Positions 11,681 through 30,855 of a stretch of 64,000 nucleotides of DNA are shown here, one piece after another. Within the stretch, counting starts at the first letter, position 1. The number at the start of each line of letters is the position of its first letter. Both the position numbers and the translations under genes were made by a program. The stretch is from Eledone cirrhosa (lineage: Eukaryota), in contig OZ024753.1 in NCBI GenBank assembly GCA_964016885.1, positions 41,478,001 through 41,542,000 of the forward strand, read 5' to 3'. The notes beneath the pieces were generated by a model that saw only the letters and a list, made by a program, of their open reading frames with translations, ran no database searches and was not told the origin of the DNA.

Positions 11681-14600
11681 CCACCACATGTTATAGTCTT
11701 AAACACACCACATGTTATAGTCTTAAACACACCACATGTTATAGTCTTAAACACACCACATGTTATAGTCTTAAACACACCACATGTTATAGTCTTAAAC
11801 ACACCACATGTTATAGTCTTAAACACACCACATGTTATAGTCTTAAATACACCACATGTTATAGTCTTAAATATACCACATGTTATAGTCTTAAACACAC
11901 TACATGTTATAGTCTTAAACACACTACATGTTATAGTCTTAAACACACCACATGTTATAGTCTTAAACACACTACATGTTATAGTGTTAAACACTACATG
12001 TTATAGTCTTAAACACACCACATGTTATAGTCTTAAACACACCACATGTTATAGTCTTAAACACACTACATGTTATAGTGTTAAACACACCACATGTTAT
12101 AGTCTTAAACACACCACATGTTATAGTCTTAAACACACCACATGTTATAGTCTTAAACACACCACATGTTATAGTCTTAAACACACTACATGTTATAGTC
12201 TTAAACACACTACGTGTTATAGTGTTAAACACACCACATGTTATAATCTTAAACACACTACATGTTATAGTCTTAAACACACCACATGTTATAGTCTTAA
12301 ACACACCACATGTTATAGTCTTAAACACACTACATGTTATAGTGTTAAACACACTACATGTTATAGTCTTAAACACACCACATGTTATAGTCTTAAACAC
12401 ACCACATGTTATAGTCTTAAACACACTACATGTTATAGTGTTAAACACACCACATGTTATAGTCTTAAACACACCACATGTTATAGTCTTAAACACACCA
12501 CATGTTATAGTCTTAAACACACTACATGTTATAGTCTTAAACACACTACGTGTTATAGTGTTAAACACACCACATGTTATAATCTTAAACACACTACATG
12601 TTATAGTCTTAAACACACTACATGTTATAGTCTTAAACACACTACATGTTATAGTCTTAAACACACTACATGTTATAGTCTTAAACACACTACATGTTAT
12701 AGTCTTAAACACAACACATGTTATAGTCTTAAACACAACACATGTTATAGTCTTAAACACACTACATGTTATAGTCTTAAACACACTACATGTTATAGTC
12801 TTAAACACACTACATGTTATAGTCTTAAACACAACACATGTTATAGTCTTAAACACAACACATGTTATAGTCTTAAACACACCACATGTTATAGTCTTAA
12901 ACACACAACATGTTATAGTCTTAAACACACTACATGTTATAGTCTTAAATACAACACATGTTATAGTCTTAAACACAACACATGTTATAGTCTTAAACAC
13001 ACCACATGTTATAATCTTAAACACACCACATGTTATAGTCTTAAACACACTACATGTTATAGTCTTAAACACAACACATGTTATAGTCTTAAACACACCA
13101 CATGTTATAGTCTTAAACACACTACATGTTATAGTCTTAAACACAACACATGTTATAGTCTTAAACACACCACATGTTATAGTCTTAAACACACCACATG
13201 TTATAGTCTTAAACACACCACATGTTATAGTCTTAAACACACCACATGTTATAGTCTTAAACACACCACATGTTATAGTCTTAAACACACCACATGTTAT
13301 AGTCTTAAACACACTACATGTTATAGTCTTAAACACAACACATGTTATAGTCTTAAACACACCACATGTTATAGTCTTAAACACACTACATGTTATAGTC
13401 TTAAACACACTACATGTTATAGTCTTAAACACACTACGTGTTATAGTGTTAAACACACCACATGTTATAGTCTTAAATACACCACATGTTATAATCTTAA
13501 ACACACTACATGTTATAGTGTTAAACACACTACATGTTATAGTCTTAAACACACCACATGTTATAGTCTTAAACACACCACATGTTATAGTCTTAAACAC
13601 ACTACATGTTATAGTGTTAAACACACCACATGTTATAGTCTTAAACACACCACATGTTATAGTCTTAAATACACCACATGTTATAATCTTAAACACACTA
13701 CATGTTATAGTGTTAAACACACTACATGTTATAGTCTTAAACACACCACATGTTATAGTCTTAAACACACCACATGTTATAGTCTTAAACACACTACATG
13801 TTATAGTCTAAAACACACTACGTGTTATAGTGTTAAACACACCACATGTTATAATCTTAAACACACTACATGTTATAGTCTTAAACACACCACATGTTAT
13901 AGTCTTAAACACACCACATGTTATAGTCTTAAACACACTACATGTTATAGTGTTAAACACACTACATGTTATAGTCTTAAACACACCACATGTTATAGTC
14001 TTAAACACACCACATGTTATAGTCTTAAACACACTACATGTTATAGTGTTAAACACACCACATGTTATAGTCTTAAACACACCACATGTTATAGTCTTAA
14101 ACACACCACATGTTATAGTCTTAAACACACCACATGTTATAGTCTTAAACACACTACATGTTATAGTCTTAAACACACTACGTGTTATAGTGTTAAACAC
14201 ACCACATGTTATAATCTTAAACACACTACATGTTATAGTCTTAAACACACTACATGTTATAGTCTTAAACACACTACATGTTATAGTCTTAAACACACCA
14301 CATGTTATAGTCTTAAACACACTACATGTTATAGTCTTAAACACAACACATGTTATAGTCTTAAACACAACACATGTTATAGTCTTAAACACACTACATG
14401 TTATAGTCTTAAACACACTACATGTTATAGTCTTAAACACACTACATGTTATAGTCTTAAACACAACACATGTTATAGTCTTAAACACAACACATGTTAT
14501 AGTCTTAAACACACCACATGTTATAGTCTTAAACACACCACATGTTGTAGTCTTAAACACACTACATGTTATAGTCTTAAACACAACACATGTTATAGTC

Positions 14601-16628
14601 TTAAACACAACACATGTTATAGTCTTAAACACACCACATGTTATAATCTTAAACACACCACATGTTATAGTCTTAAACACACTACATGTTATAGTCTTAA
14701 ACACAACACATGTTATAGTCTTAAACACACTACATGTTATAGTCTTAAACACAACACATGTTATAGTCTTAAACACACCACACGTTATAGTCTTAAACAC
14801 ACCACATGTTATAGTCTTAAACACACCACATGTTATAGTCTTAAACACACTACATGTTATAGTCTTAAACACAACACATGTTATAGTCTTAAACACACCA
14901 CATGTTATAGTCTTAAACACACTACATGTTATAGTCTTAAACACACTACATGTTATAGTCTTAAACACACTACGTGTTATAGTCTTAAACACACCACATG
15001 TTATAGTCTTAAACACACCACATGTTATAGTCTTAAACACACCACACGTTATAGTCTTAAACACACCACATGTTATAGTCTTAAACACACCACATGTTAT
15101 AGTCTTAAACACACTACATGTTATAGTCTTAAACACAACACATGTTATAGTCTTAAACACACCACATGTTATAGTCTTAAACACACTACATGTTATAGTC
15201 TTAAACACACTACATGTTATAGTCTTAAACACACTACGTGTTATAGTGTTAAACACACCGCATGTTATAGTCTTAAATACACCACATGTTATAATCTTAA
15301 ACACACTACATGTTATAGTCTTAAACACACCACATGTTATAGTCTTAAACACACCACATGTTATAGTCTTAAACACACTACATGTTATAGTCTTAAACAC
15401 ACCACATGTTATAGTCTTAAACACACCACATGTTATAGTCTTAAACACACTACATGTTATAGTCTTAAACACACCACATGTTATAGTCTTAAACACACCA
15501 CATGTTATAGTCTTAAACACAACACATGTTATAGTCTTAAACACACCACATGTTATAGTCTTAAACACACTACATGTTATAGTCTTAAACACAACACATG
15601 TTATAGTCTTAAACACACCACATGTTATAGTCTTAAACACACCACATGTTATAGTCTTAAACACACCACATGTTATAGTCTTAAACACACCACATGTTAT
15701 AGTCTTAAACACACCACACGTTATAGTCTTAAACACACCACATGTTATAGTCTTAAACACACCACATGTTATAGTCTTAAACACACTACATGTTATAGTC
15801 TTAAACACAACACATGTTATAGTCTTAAACACACCACATGTTATAGTCTTAAACACACTACATGTTATAGTCTTAAACACACTACATGTTATAGTCTTAA
15901 ACACACTACGTGTTATAGTGTTAAACACACCGCATGTTATAGTCTTAAATACACCACATGTTATAATCTTAAACACACTACATGTTATAGTCTTAAACAC
16001 ACCACATGTTATAGTCTTAAACACACCACATGTTATAGTCTTAAACACACTACATGTTATAGTCTTAAACACACCACATGTTATAGTCTTAAACACACCA
16101 CATGTTATAGTCTTAAACACACTACATGTTATAGTCTTAAACACACCACATGTTATAGTCTTAAACACACCACATGTTATAGTCTTAAACACACCACATG
16201 TTATAGTCTTAAACACACCACATGTTATAGTCTTAAACACAACATATGTTATAGTCTTAAACACACCACATGTTATAATCTTAAACACACCACATGTTAT
16301 AGTCTTAAACACACCACATGTTATAGTCTTAAACACAACACATGTTATAGTCTTAAACACACCACATGTTATAATCTTAAACACACCACATGTTATAGTC
16401 TTAAACACACTACATGTTATAGTCTTAAACACACCACATGTTATAGTCTTAAACACACCACATGTTATAGTCTTAAACACACTACATGTTATAGTCTTAA
16501 ACACACCACATGTTATAGTCTTAAACACACCACATGTTATAGTCGTAAACACACCACATGTTATAGTCTTAAACACACCACATGTTATAGTCTTAAACAC
16601 ACCACATGTTATAGTCTTAAACACACCA
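11681..16628. repeat. 24-bp satellite, about 206 units (CACCACATGTTATAGTCTTAAACA)
   Basis: Uninterrupted tandem array with a few recurrent variants. Confidence 0.98.
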
Positions 16629-16699
16629 TTTTCTTTCTCACCCCTTAACATCTCCTCCGCCTTTTCCTCCTCATCTGTCTTCATATTCCCCCTCCATAT

Positions 16700-17362
16700 T
16701 CACACATAGCCATATACAAGCACACACACACACACACACCCATATACACAGGCACACACACACACATACCCACATACACAGGCACACAAAAGTACACATA
16801 GCCATATATACAGGCACACACACGCACACACACATATATACCCATATATACAGGCACACAGACGTACACAGCCATATATACAGGCACACACACACACACA
16901 CACATATATATACCCATATATACAGGCACACAGACGTACACATAGCCATATATACAGGCACACACACACACACACACACACACATACCCATATACACAGG
17001 CTCACAGACGTACACAGCCATATATACAGGCACACACACACACACACACACATACCCATATACACAGGCACACAGACGTACACATAGCCATATATACAGG
17101 CACACACACACACACACACACACACAGACCGACGTACACATACACATATACAGACGTACACATAGCCATATACACAGGCACATACACACACGCATACCCA
17201 TATACACAGACACACAGATGTACACATAGCCATATACACAGGCACATACACACACACACATGCCCATATACAGACGTACACATAGCCTTATACACAGGCA
17301 CACAGCCGTACACATACACACAGACACATATACACACATAGCCTTATACACAGGCATACACA
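16700..17362. repeat. Compound minisatellite (GCCATATATACAGGCACACA / GACGTACACA units)
   Basis: Direct inspection. Confidence 0.85.
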
Positions 17363-17473
17363 CTCGTAATTATCTACGTAATCAGAACAAGTCAGTCTAG
17401 TTTTGTATTTATCACGATACGAAAGTCTTTTACATGAAGCAAAGTCACCATCACGTTAACATTTGTGAATTAT

Positions 17474-20961
<3,488 letters not shown>

Positions 20962-20965
<4 letters not shown>

Positions 20966-21039
20966 TGGGTCGTCAAGTATGAAATTTGTAGAAATTTATG
21001 GAAAAAGAAAAACAAATTTCATACCTGACGACCCAATAT
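20962..21039. mobile_element. ~80-bp mariner-type MITE
   Basis: 28-bp TIRs ATATTGGGTCGTCAAGTATGAAATTTGT with one mismatch and TA ends. Confidence 0.7.
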
Positions 21040-21138
21040 ATTTGTACACCCTCACTTACAAACTTTCAATGTCTCGAAACCTTGATATCATGACATATAT
21101 AAACTTTACATTTACTTTACTGAAACTAAATCTATATT

Positions 21139-21195
<57 letters not shown>

Positions 21196-21200
<5 letters not shown>

Positions 21201-21388
21201 AACGAGTAGGACCCCGACGGCTGAGCTCAAGCCGTTTCGACGGCTAATTCTAGTCCAGAATTAGCCGTCGAAACGTCTTGAGCTCAGCCGTCCGGGTCCT
21301 ACTCGTTCCTATTACCCACTCTACTACCCTAAGTATTGAGTACTTTGGTGCGTTATGGTCCACCTGGTTCCTTACCACATTTCCTTCG

Positions 21389-21390
<2 letters not shown>
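21196..21390 (+). mobile_element. Fold-back element of the GACCCCGACGG family (other copies 20469-20600, 32270-32348, 57795-57908 on -, 60595-60810)
   Basis: Palindrome 21196-21312 followed by the shared tail CCCTAAGTATTGAGTACTCTGGTGCGTTATGGTCC; copies lie next to (TA)n. Confidence 0.75.
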
Positions 21391-21456
<66 letters not shown>

Positions 21457-21576
21457 AAATTTGTGAAATCCTTGGTACAGTTAGGTATAATTGAAAAAAG
21501 GAAAAGAATGACTTCACTTAAAATTAAATCAAATTGTTTAGAACTACAAGTGAAGTCATTCTTTTCCTTTTTTCAA

Positions 21577-21621
<45 letters not shown>

Positions 21622-21705
21622 GAGGTTATTTTTAATTTGTTGGGATTCAACAAGCTTAACAATTTTTATAACTGATATAAAGCACTCAACAAGTTAGTGG
21701 AGTAA

Positions 21706-21999
21706 ATACACAATATATCAATAAATGGAAACTATATTTATAAAACCATATTTATTTTATTATATATATTTCAAGGGCAACCAAGGCAAATTATGGTGCG
21801 CTTTCATCAGATAAAATACAGATTTGTTTTATAAATAAATATTGACATACCCGGAAAAAAGACAACCTTAACGGTTGGAGCTTCCTGGATTAAATTTTTA
21901 TCTGATGAAAGCGCACCATAATTTGCCTTGGTTGCCCTTGAAATATATATAATAAAGTAAATATGGTTTTATAAATATAGTTTCCATTTATTAATATAT

Positions 22000-22006
<7 letters not shown>
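21706..22006. mobile_element. Fold-back element with 111-bp arms carrying a hammerhead
   Basis: Arms 21706-21816 / 21896-22006; ends in (TA)n. Confidence 0.8.
21896..21957 (+). ncRNA. Type I hammerhead ribozyme fold (mirror copy 21753-21818 on -)
   Basis: TTTTAT CTGATGA AAGCGCA/TGCCCTT GAAA, palindromic ATATATAT, AUA site, then ATAAAG. Confidence 0.8.
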
Positions 22007-22067
<61 letters not shown>

Positions 22068-22605
22068 GGATATTTGGGTGTGTGTGTACTTTTTATTTGC
22101 TTCTGTGTTCAATCATATGAAAAAGTATATGCAACCCATCTTTACCATACATAAATGCAAACACACACACACACAAACACTCAAACACACATACACTCAC
22201 ACACACGCACACACACACACACAACCACTCAAACACACATTCACTCAATCACAGACACACACAAACACGCACACGCACACATACACTCACTCACACACGC
22301 ACAGACACACAAAAGCGAAGCTCTGTGTAATCACAGATAGTAATCTTAGCAGTACTATAAATATTTACACTTTACATCTGTATTGATTACGTGTGGGTGA
22401 AGGGGTGGAGGGGGTTAAGAAGTTCACTTTAGAATCAAGATGTCTTTCGGTTCAATGTCATTACATGGCACCTTTGAGGGCTTTACACTAGACTCGGGTG
22501 GATCTACTGAAGTCTTCTGGGTAGATATTGTTTGGAAGACGAGTTTGTGTCTGTAATTCAAAGATTCCAGCCTTGTTATATATTGTTTCCCTCTCATTCG
22601 TGTAC

Positions 22606-22711
<106 letters not shown>

Positions 22712-23070
22712 CAGCTCACACTTATGCGGGTATAGCTGGCCTCCTCCAAGGTATATCTTGTTGGAGGTGTCTTGGGTAATTTAATGATAGGGACCCCAGT
22801 CCTATCATTCTCTGTGGAAACACAACAACACATACTTATTAATTCACGAATCAAAAGTTCGGTTAATCGGTTGATTTTGATAACTTGATCGGTTAATTGA
22901 TCGATTGGATGCTCATTTATACACACACAGAAGCATATCTGTATAATCACTTGAAATGTCTGAGATTTACTGGTCTGGACATAACAACGCAAATACAATG
23001 ATTGCTTGCTAAATGATTTCAACATTTTCTGCCTACAAAACATATGTACTTTCTTAGTTTCAGTGAATTT

Positions 23071-23106
<36 letters not shown>

Positions 23107-23180
23107 GGGGGTTAATTACTTTTCTACACGTCTGGAATATGTGAAATACCAGAAACGTAATATAATTAGCATTATCGAAA

Positions 23181-23212
<32 letters not shown>

Positions 23213-24294
23213 TTTTATTATCCTTATTATTATCTATGTAGATAACTTGAAGAAATTTCTGGAAATAATGCTCGGCAGAAAGCCGAATTATATACTAAAA
23301 ATAGTGAGTTTGTCTCGCAAACATCATTTACGTGGAAATTTCTTGCTAAGACTATTTTCAAAAAAAAAAATTTCTGATAAGACTTAGAACCTAATTCCTG
23401 GCAGAACTTGATTCCTATGATAAATCCTGCTTTAGCTGAGATTTTCATGACAGATGTGAGACATACAATATAAACAGCGATAGTTATGTTGTGTTCTTCT
23501 AACGCAAAATGATTTTTCTTCGGATTTCTACTGTGTTGTTTTATTGTGTTCTTCTTTTTAAATTTGAATACATTGATTTCAAATACAACTTTCATGATTT
23601 TTATAGAATCCCGCCGAGGTTAACTTTGCCTTTCATCATTGCGGGGTCGATAAAATAAAGTACCAGTAATACACTAGGATAATTGCTGGCCTTGTGCCAA
23701 AAGTAGAAACAATTATAGAATACCCTAAACAATATAATTATATGATTTGTGGCATATAATTACAGCCCTTTGCTTTCTGAGTTCGAATCCTGTCGAGGTC
23801 AACTTTGCTTTTCAGCCTATCCACTGGGGTGGATATAATCGAATTTTCCCCTTACCCCAGAATTACTGGCCTTGTGACAAACGTTGAAATACTTATTACA
23901 TTAGAAGCATCCATCATCACTATAGACCTCCGGATTTGTTTCAACCTGGATAGTAATGGGTTCCGTCATGTTTAATATGGCCGAGAAACACCGTACGCTA
24001 CGGCAGTGATCCTATGACCCCAGCAACAGTTAAACGCTTATAGATGGATATTTTATCAAAACAGCGATATTTCTTTGTGATAAATATTTGCACTAAAATG
24101 GAGAACACTATCAAGAGTTAAGTGTTTTGGCCAAGAATATAGACATGACCTAATGGTAATGTAGTTTGACACATAATTGACTTTTTGTACTTCAAACAGT
24201 TGAAGTGTAAATAATTCTTCAAGTGCGTGCGTTTCATTTATTGAATTCACTGAGTACATTTCACCCAATGGTGCAAGCCATGGCTGTATAATGG

Positions 24295-24512
24295 TTAACC
24301 CTTTAGCATTTAAACCGGCTAGAATTCTCTCACCTCCTCCTGTTCAAACCGGCTGTTACCGGCCACTCATACTGATGTTAAGATATTTTTCTCAAAATAA
24401 ATAGTATCAAAATCTCATAAATTTGATATTATGTGAGGTAAAGCCTTTACCACAAAAATATAATAGTATTTATAATAGTATAGATAGAGTAATGTAAATG
24501 CTAAAAGGTTAA
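24295..24512. mobile_element. piggyBac-type MITE inserted in a SINE head
   Basis: TTAA TSDs; TIRs CCCTTTAGCATTTA / TAAATGCTAAAAGG. Confidence 0.7.
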
Positions 24513-26574
24513 GGAGTTAACTTCGTAACTACGTGGTCTCCAGTTCACTCCCTCCCACAGCAAAGTATCATTTGGAGCAAGTGTCAGATATTACTATAGC
24601 CCCTAGTTGACAAATACCTTGTGAATAAAAAGAATTAAAAGATTTGTAGACGATTTCTTCCTGAGAAAGAGAGAAAGGAAATAAGAAAGAGATATTGAGG
24701 AAGAATCGACTCCAATACTAGACTGGTACTGTTTCATATCAACTTCGCAAAGCTGAAAGTCAAAATCGACATCTGCTGGTTTCGAACTCTGAACGTAGAA
24801 GACCGGAACTATTATCGCCAATCATTCTATCCAACGTTCTAACCACTCTGCCATCTTCACAAAAATATAATTACAAAAATATAATTATGTTAGCTTTGCC
24901 TTTCATCCTTACGGGGTCGATAAATAAAGCACCAGTAATGCACTGGGGTCGATTTCTCGATTTTCCCTCCCCAAACAATTGCAGGCCTTGTGCCTAAAGT
25001 AGAAGCAATTATTATTATTATTTTTAATTTAATTTTTTTAAGAATAATAATAATAATAAATGTTATTTATAGTCTGTCCACCCAGTCTTGGTTTCCGGTT
25101 CCTCTAAGAAACCTATTTCTGGCAGCTACATCCGTCTTTGTCTGTGTGGGAGAACAATTGTTCTCTTGAATGGATCATATTACATCAATCAACAATATCC
25201 CTTCGTCAGAAAGTGAAAGGACGTAGCTCAGTGGTTAAGGAGTTCGTCTTACTATCGTAATGTCGTGTGTGTTCCATTCCCGGTGGTTCGTTGTTTTCTT
25301 AAGCCAAAGCCTCTAACACAATATTTTTCAACAGTTTTTTTTTTTTTGGGGGGGGGGGGTATCCAAGTCCCACTTTGATTTTCCAAAGAAAAAAATGTGC
25401 ACCCCACCATGAATGGATAAAGTGAGTATATAGCTTAGTTTTGTCTAATCAGGCTTTTGCCTGCTACTGGCACTATTTAACCTAGTTCAACCTGCTTCAT
25501 GGTCAAGTGGTAGGCGACCAAACCGGTTCCCCCACCAGACCGTGGTCTGATGAGGAGGGTAAGTGGAATCCCAGCAGCACAAAAAAAACCACAGCTGCTG
25601 TTAAAAGGGCGAACGAACTCCTCAGAGTCAACATCCATCCACCGCAACTAGCTGTGGGTTAAATAGCCTCACAAACCCTGAAATTGGCCAAACAGGTTGA
25701 GTACGGCTTCACCCCTGAAGACATGACTAAAACCACACAGAAATCAGTGGAGGTCAACCAGGTAGGGGTTCCTCCAACAGAAGTGAGAAGTCCCTGCATT
25801 GGATTGGGTTGGACTGGATAGCATAGTATATACGTACACCTCATTTTAAAGTCCCACGCCCCCACCAAAATATTACATGCCCTCAACCTTGAGAAATACT
25901 GCCTTGACCACTAAACTATGTCTCTTCACGATCCAATATCTTATCTGTTCGTTAAGATGTATACTTAATAGGTATTAATTTCATGCAAATAAACTATCTC
26001 TGATGTATATATTCAGTCATAATCACCTGCCACAGATATTATCATATGTTTCGGAATTATTTATCACCATACCTCCCATCGATCTCATAATTCATTTCCA
26101 TATATTGTTCTATTGACATTGTTTCCATTATATAGTCTATAATAATTGTTTCAACTTGTTTGTACAAGACCAGCAATTTTGAAGGGAAGGGGAAAAGTCG
26201 GTTAAGTCGACCCCAGTGTGTTACTGGTATCTCATTTCTCATTTTATCGATCCTGCATGGCTTAAAAGCAGAGCTAACCTCGGTAGAGTGTCGGACACCA
26301 TGCTTTGCAGTATAGAGTTACGTCTCCTTTCGTTCTATGTCCAAATAAATTCTGTCGAGGTTAGCTTTGTATTTCACCCTTACAGTTCCAATAAAATAAT
26401 CTACCAGTAACCAGTAATACATTGGGGTTAATTTAATCGACTTTCCCCTCCTCCCAAAAAATTGTTGGCCAGCCATGTACGGCGGTGAGAGTTCGTTTGC
26501 CGGTCAATCAAACATGTTGTTTGTCCCCTTGCATACATTTATATAGATTCATTGGTAGATATATACATTACGAA

Positions 26575-27338
26575 ACACACACACACACGGACAGATACGT
26601 GCTTATACATACATATACACACACATATACATACATATACATTATACATACTTATACACACACAGATACATACTTATACACACACAGATACGTACTTGTA
26701 CATACATATACACACACAGGTACGTACTTATACATACTTATGCACACACAGATACATACTTATACACACACAGATACGTACTTGTACATACATATACACA
26801 CACAGGTACGTACTTATACATACTTATGCACACACAGATACATACTTATACATACTTATACACACACAGATACGTACTTGAACATACATATACACACACA
26901 CATATACATACTTATACATACTTATACACACACAGATACATACTTGTACATACATATACAGACACATATACATACTTATACATACTTATGCACACACAGA
27001 TACATACTTATACATATGCACACACAGATACATACTTATACATACTTATACACACACAGATACGTACTTGAACATACATATACACACACACATATACATA
27101 CTTATACATACTTATACACACACAGATACATACTTGTACATACATATACACACACAGATACGTACTTGAACATACATATACACACACACATATACATACT
27201 TATACATACTTATGCACACACAGATACATACTTATACATATGCACACACAGATACATACTTATACATACTTATACACACACAGATACGTACTTGTACATA
27301 CATATACACACACAGGTACGTACTTGTACATACATACA
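26575..27338. repeat. Compound minisatellite (CACACAGATACATACTTATA-type)
   Basis: Direct inspection. Confidence 0.85.
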
Positions 27339-28006
27339 GTAGCAGAAAACGTCCCCGGGGTGGAGCAATAGCTCCGTTAGTCAAAAACATTTACGTATTA
27401 TCACAAATCTATTGAGTCCTTCAACAAATTCTATCCAATCTCCTCTCAGTAATTATTGTGTGAAATCTCAAATGGGTTTCTTAATTTCCTACTATTTACT
27501 ATTAGTTTGCTTCCATGTTTTCACATACATACCAGTACAATTACATAGAGATTTGTTTAGAAGAAGAACGAATTAAAGCAAATATTTACTGGGTAACATG
27601 CTGTTGGGTGTTTTGGAGATGTGATGAGCTATAGGATAGGAGATTGAATTATCCCTAGATTGTTCCTAATTAATATCCAAACTAGAAATAAAAGTCTGTT
27701 CCAATTGTTGATCCCTGGAGGTGGATTTTTCTCTCGGAAATATAATAAATTATATGCAATATTTTATTAATGAATATGAAAATGTTTCTGCAACTCGATA
27801 CCCAGTTTAGATTCAACGGATTATGGCTACAGATGGTAACTAAATATTTATGTAATTACCAAATAGATTATCATTTTTATCGGATTCCTTTCTGTGTTCT
27901 TATCTGTATAGAGGTAAAGAGACTGTTCATGCCAGGACTCAGTTAGTATGGAGAATATGAGTGGACAGCAGCAACTATAATAGAAGGCTAGACGTGTTTA
28001 TACACT

Positions 28007-28037
<31 letters not shown>

Positions 28038-28048
28038 GTGTGTGTGTG

Positions 28049-28087
<39 letters not shown>

Positions 28088-29627
28088 TAAGTGTGTAACT
28101 CAGTTATACGCGGTGCGCCGTTCGAGGCATTCGATGCTGTTACAAGGTCTGTCTCGTGTTGGGTTGTATTCCAAAGTTAAGGCAGCTGTAGTCCTTTATA
28201 TATTTTTTCACGTATATATATATATATATATATATATAAAGAATCTTGCTAAACAAATTCAGAAACGAAATATATATATATGGTAATAATAATAAATGTG
28301 AAGACTAAAATCCGAAGAGGGCTCGATAAGGATTATATATATATATAACATCGATTTCTTCGAGAGAAGGAAAGAGTGTGATAGAGAAAAGGATAAAAAA
28401 AGAATTGACTGGTATTTTTTTTATCGACCTCAAAAGGGTGAAAGGTAAAGTTGACCTCGGTGAGATTTGAACTCAGAGAATAAAGCGCCGAAGTTAATAC
28501 CGTAAACCATTCTATGTGACGTTCTAACGAATCTACGAATTCGCTGCCTTATAAAAGAATATAAAAAATCAGCTTGTTAATCGCAAAGCTGCTGATTAAT
28601 ACCATATAAGTCTGACTGTAAGCAATACAATACAATACTATATTATACAATACAATACTATTTAATATAATATAATACAATACTATATTATACAATACAA
28701 TACTATTTAATATAATATAATACAATACTATATTATACAATACAATTTAATAGAATACAATACAATACTATATAATTGTTTCTACTGTTGGCACAAGGCC
28801 AGCAATTACTCAGTGCATCACTGGTACTTTATTTTATCGACCCCGTAAGGGTGAAAGGCAATGTTAACTTCGACGTAAATTGAACTCAGACCATAAAGGG
28901 ACGTAACTATGCTGGAAAGCATGGCGTCCAACCCTCCACCGATACTGCCAATTCACCGCCTTATATAATACAATCCAGTACAATACAGTATAGCACAATA
29001 TAATAGTAGTCAATAGAAGTGCAAGCAGTAAATTACGAATGTTAGGGAGTGTAGTATGAAGACCTTGGTATTGTATGAGAAAGTCTCGGTTATAAACTAA
29101 GTAACATTGCTGACATAGATGAGAATGCTTTTGAGAGAGCTTCCGGACTTACAAGCTAACAAGAGATTTTTAGGTTTCCTGTTATGACCAATAGAAATTG
29201 AAATTACTATTTAGATGCCATAAGAATCATTAAGTGCCAATCTCTAAGTTTAACACTAACAACTTTAAATATCTTTAATACTAAGTAAATCTTAGGGCGA
29301 TGCAGTAAATTATCGTATCTGTTCCTGAGTTCAAATCTCGACACGGTCATATTTGTTTTTCCTCTTTTAGAGGACGATTTATGCAGTACCAGTTTAATCC
29401 TGTGGCCCAGTTTTTCTCAGTGTGCGTGTGGTTGGATTTATGTACGTGTTTGGTTACGTGTGTGTATGTGTGAGTATGTGTGTAATAAAAACCTATAAAA
29501 GAATGAAGAACAAAGACTTATTAGAGATACAAACCAAAGTGAAGGAGCTACTCCAAACCAGAAGTACGAAACGGCGGACGTGACTCACAGCATTTATATT
29601 TCTAGCAAACAAATAGATAAATACTAA

Positions 29628-29676
<49 letters not shown>

Positions 29677-29679
<3 letters not shown>

Positions 29680-29934
29680 TCAAAATATTAACAAAAATAG
29701 ACATTCGTGTGATCAAGTATATTTTATTATACATATTTCAGAGGTACTGAGCTAACTTCAACAGTATGACTACCATGACTGAATCTTAACCATCTACTAT
29801 GTCAGGGTATGTCATGCATCATCTTATTTTATCTGATGAGGATGTACTGTTGAAGTTAGCTCAGTACCTCTGAAATATGTATAATAAAATATACTTGATC
29901 ACACGAATGTCTAGTTTTGTTAATATTTTGAATT
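29677..29934. mobile_element. Fold-back element with 90-bp arms carrying a hammerhead
   Basis: Arms 29677-29766 / 29845-29934; lies between (TA)n runs. Confidence 0.8.
29825..29891 (+). ncRNA. Type I hammerhead ribozyme fold
   Basis: TATTTTAT CTGATGA GGATGTACTG/CAGTACCTCT GAAA TATGTA TA ATAAAATA. Confidence 0.82.
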
Positions 29935-30028
29935 AATATTAGTAACTCCGGAAAACCAATCTGTTGAGTGCTTCCAATCTATTGTAAAACTCATTCTTTG
30001 ATTTATTCATTGAACCTTGTTTAACCTT

Positions 30029-30103
<75 letters not shown>

Positions 30104-30161
30104 TTATATACACATATATATACATACATATATATATACACACACATACATATATACACAC

Positions 30162-30192
<31 letters not shown>

Positions 30193-30229
30193 TTTAAAAT
30201 GTCTAATATAGATTGTGGAATTGTTATAG

Positions 30230-30600
30230 AATCCAAGAGAGTGGGAGAAGGACATGGTATCCAGAGTTACGACTAAAGGATTTGGCTTGTGACGATGACA
30301 TGGCATTGATCTGTGCAGTTAGCTAGTGTAGGTTATGCCTGGAAGGAAGGTTGGCTGGTAGAGAGAAGCAGAGGATCGCAGCCAAAACGATGGCTTGGCA
30401 ATGACAACTCGTGGACTGGACTTGATCTTTGCTCTTTGAACTCTGCTGCTGGTGATCAAAAGGTATTATATATTCGTGGAAGGCAGGCAGGCTGGTAAGA
30501 GAAGCAGAGGCCGGCAGTCAAAACGATGGCTTGACAATGTCAACTTATGGACTTGATCTTTGCTCTTTGAACTCTGCTGCTGGTGATCGAACTTTGTGGG
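30230..30600 (+). mobile_element. Degenerate RTE-clade LINE fragments
   Basis: [14 protein letters not shown] (YADD-region-like) and a duplicated EGxxxxRSRGxxxKRW...WTGLDL C-terminal segment. Confidence 0.55.
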
Positions 30601-30855
30601 GAGAGAAATCTCATGTTAATGCGCAGTCTGCAAATGGCGGAGTTTAGCGTCACAAAAAGCTAGAGATTTATTACATACAGCAAATATAGTTGGTTTATAT
30701 TATAGTGCTAGTAAACAGAAATTACAATAGATGGAATCAATGATGATTATTAAGTAAAATCTTGAACTGATCAAATCATTAATTAGGAGGAGCAATTTAA
30801 ATATTTAAACAACAATATTCTAAAAAGCAATGATGATTTTAATGTAAGGAAAGGA

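Noticed and set aside
11681-16628. CRISPR-like appearance of the array
   Set aside because: No unique spacers, no cas genes, eukaryotic context.
11659-16709. ORFs of up to 1661 aa (HTTCYSLK, NTPHVIVL and FKTITCGV repeats)
   Set aside because: Open in several frames on both strands only because the 24-bp unit lacks stops there; no unique domain, splice context or codon-position bias.
25480-25810. GC-richer segment containing CTGATGA, possibly a LINE 5' region with a ribozyme
   Set aside because: No GAAA-stem III arrangement, and I could not build a convincing HDV-like fold by eye.
27770-27835. ATG-initiated segment ending at GTAACT as the gene B first exon
   Set aside because: Peptide MNMKMFLQLDTQFRFNGLWLQM lacks a hydrophobic signal core.
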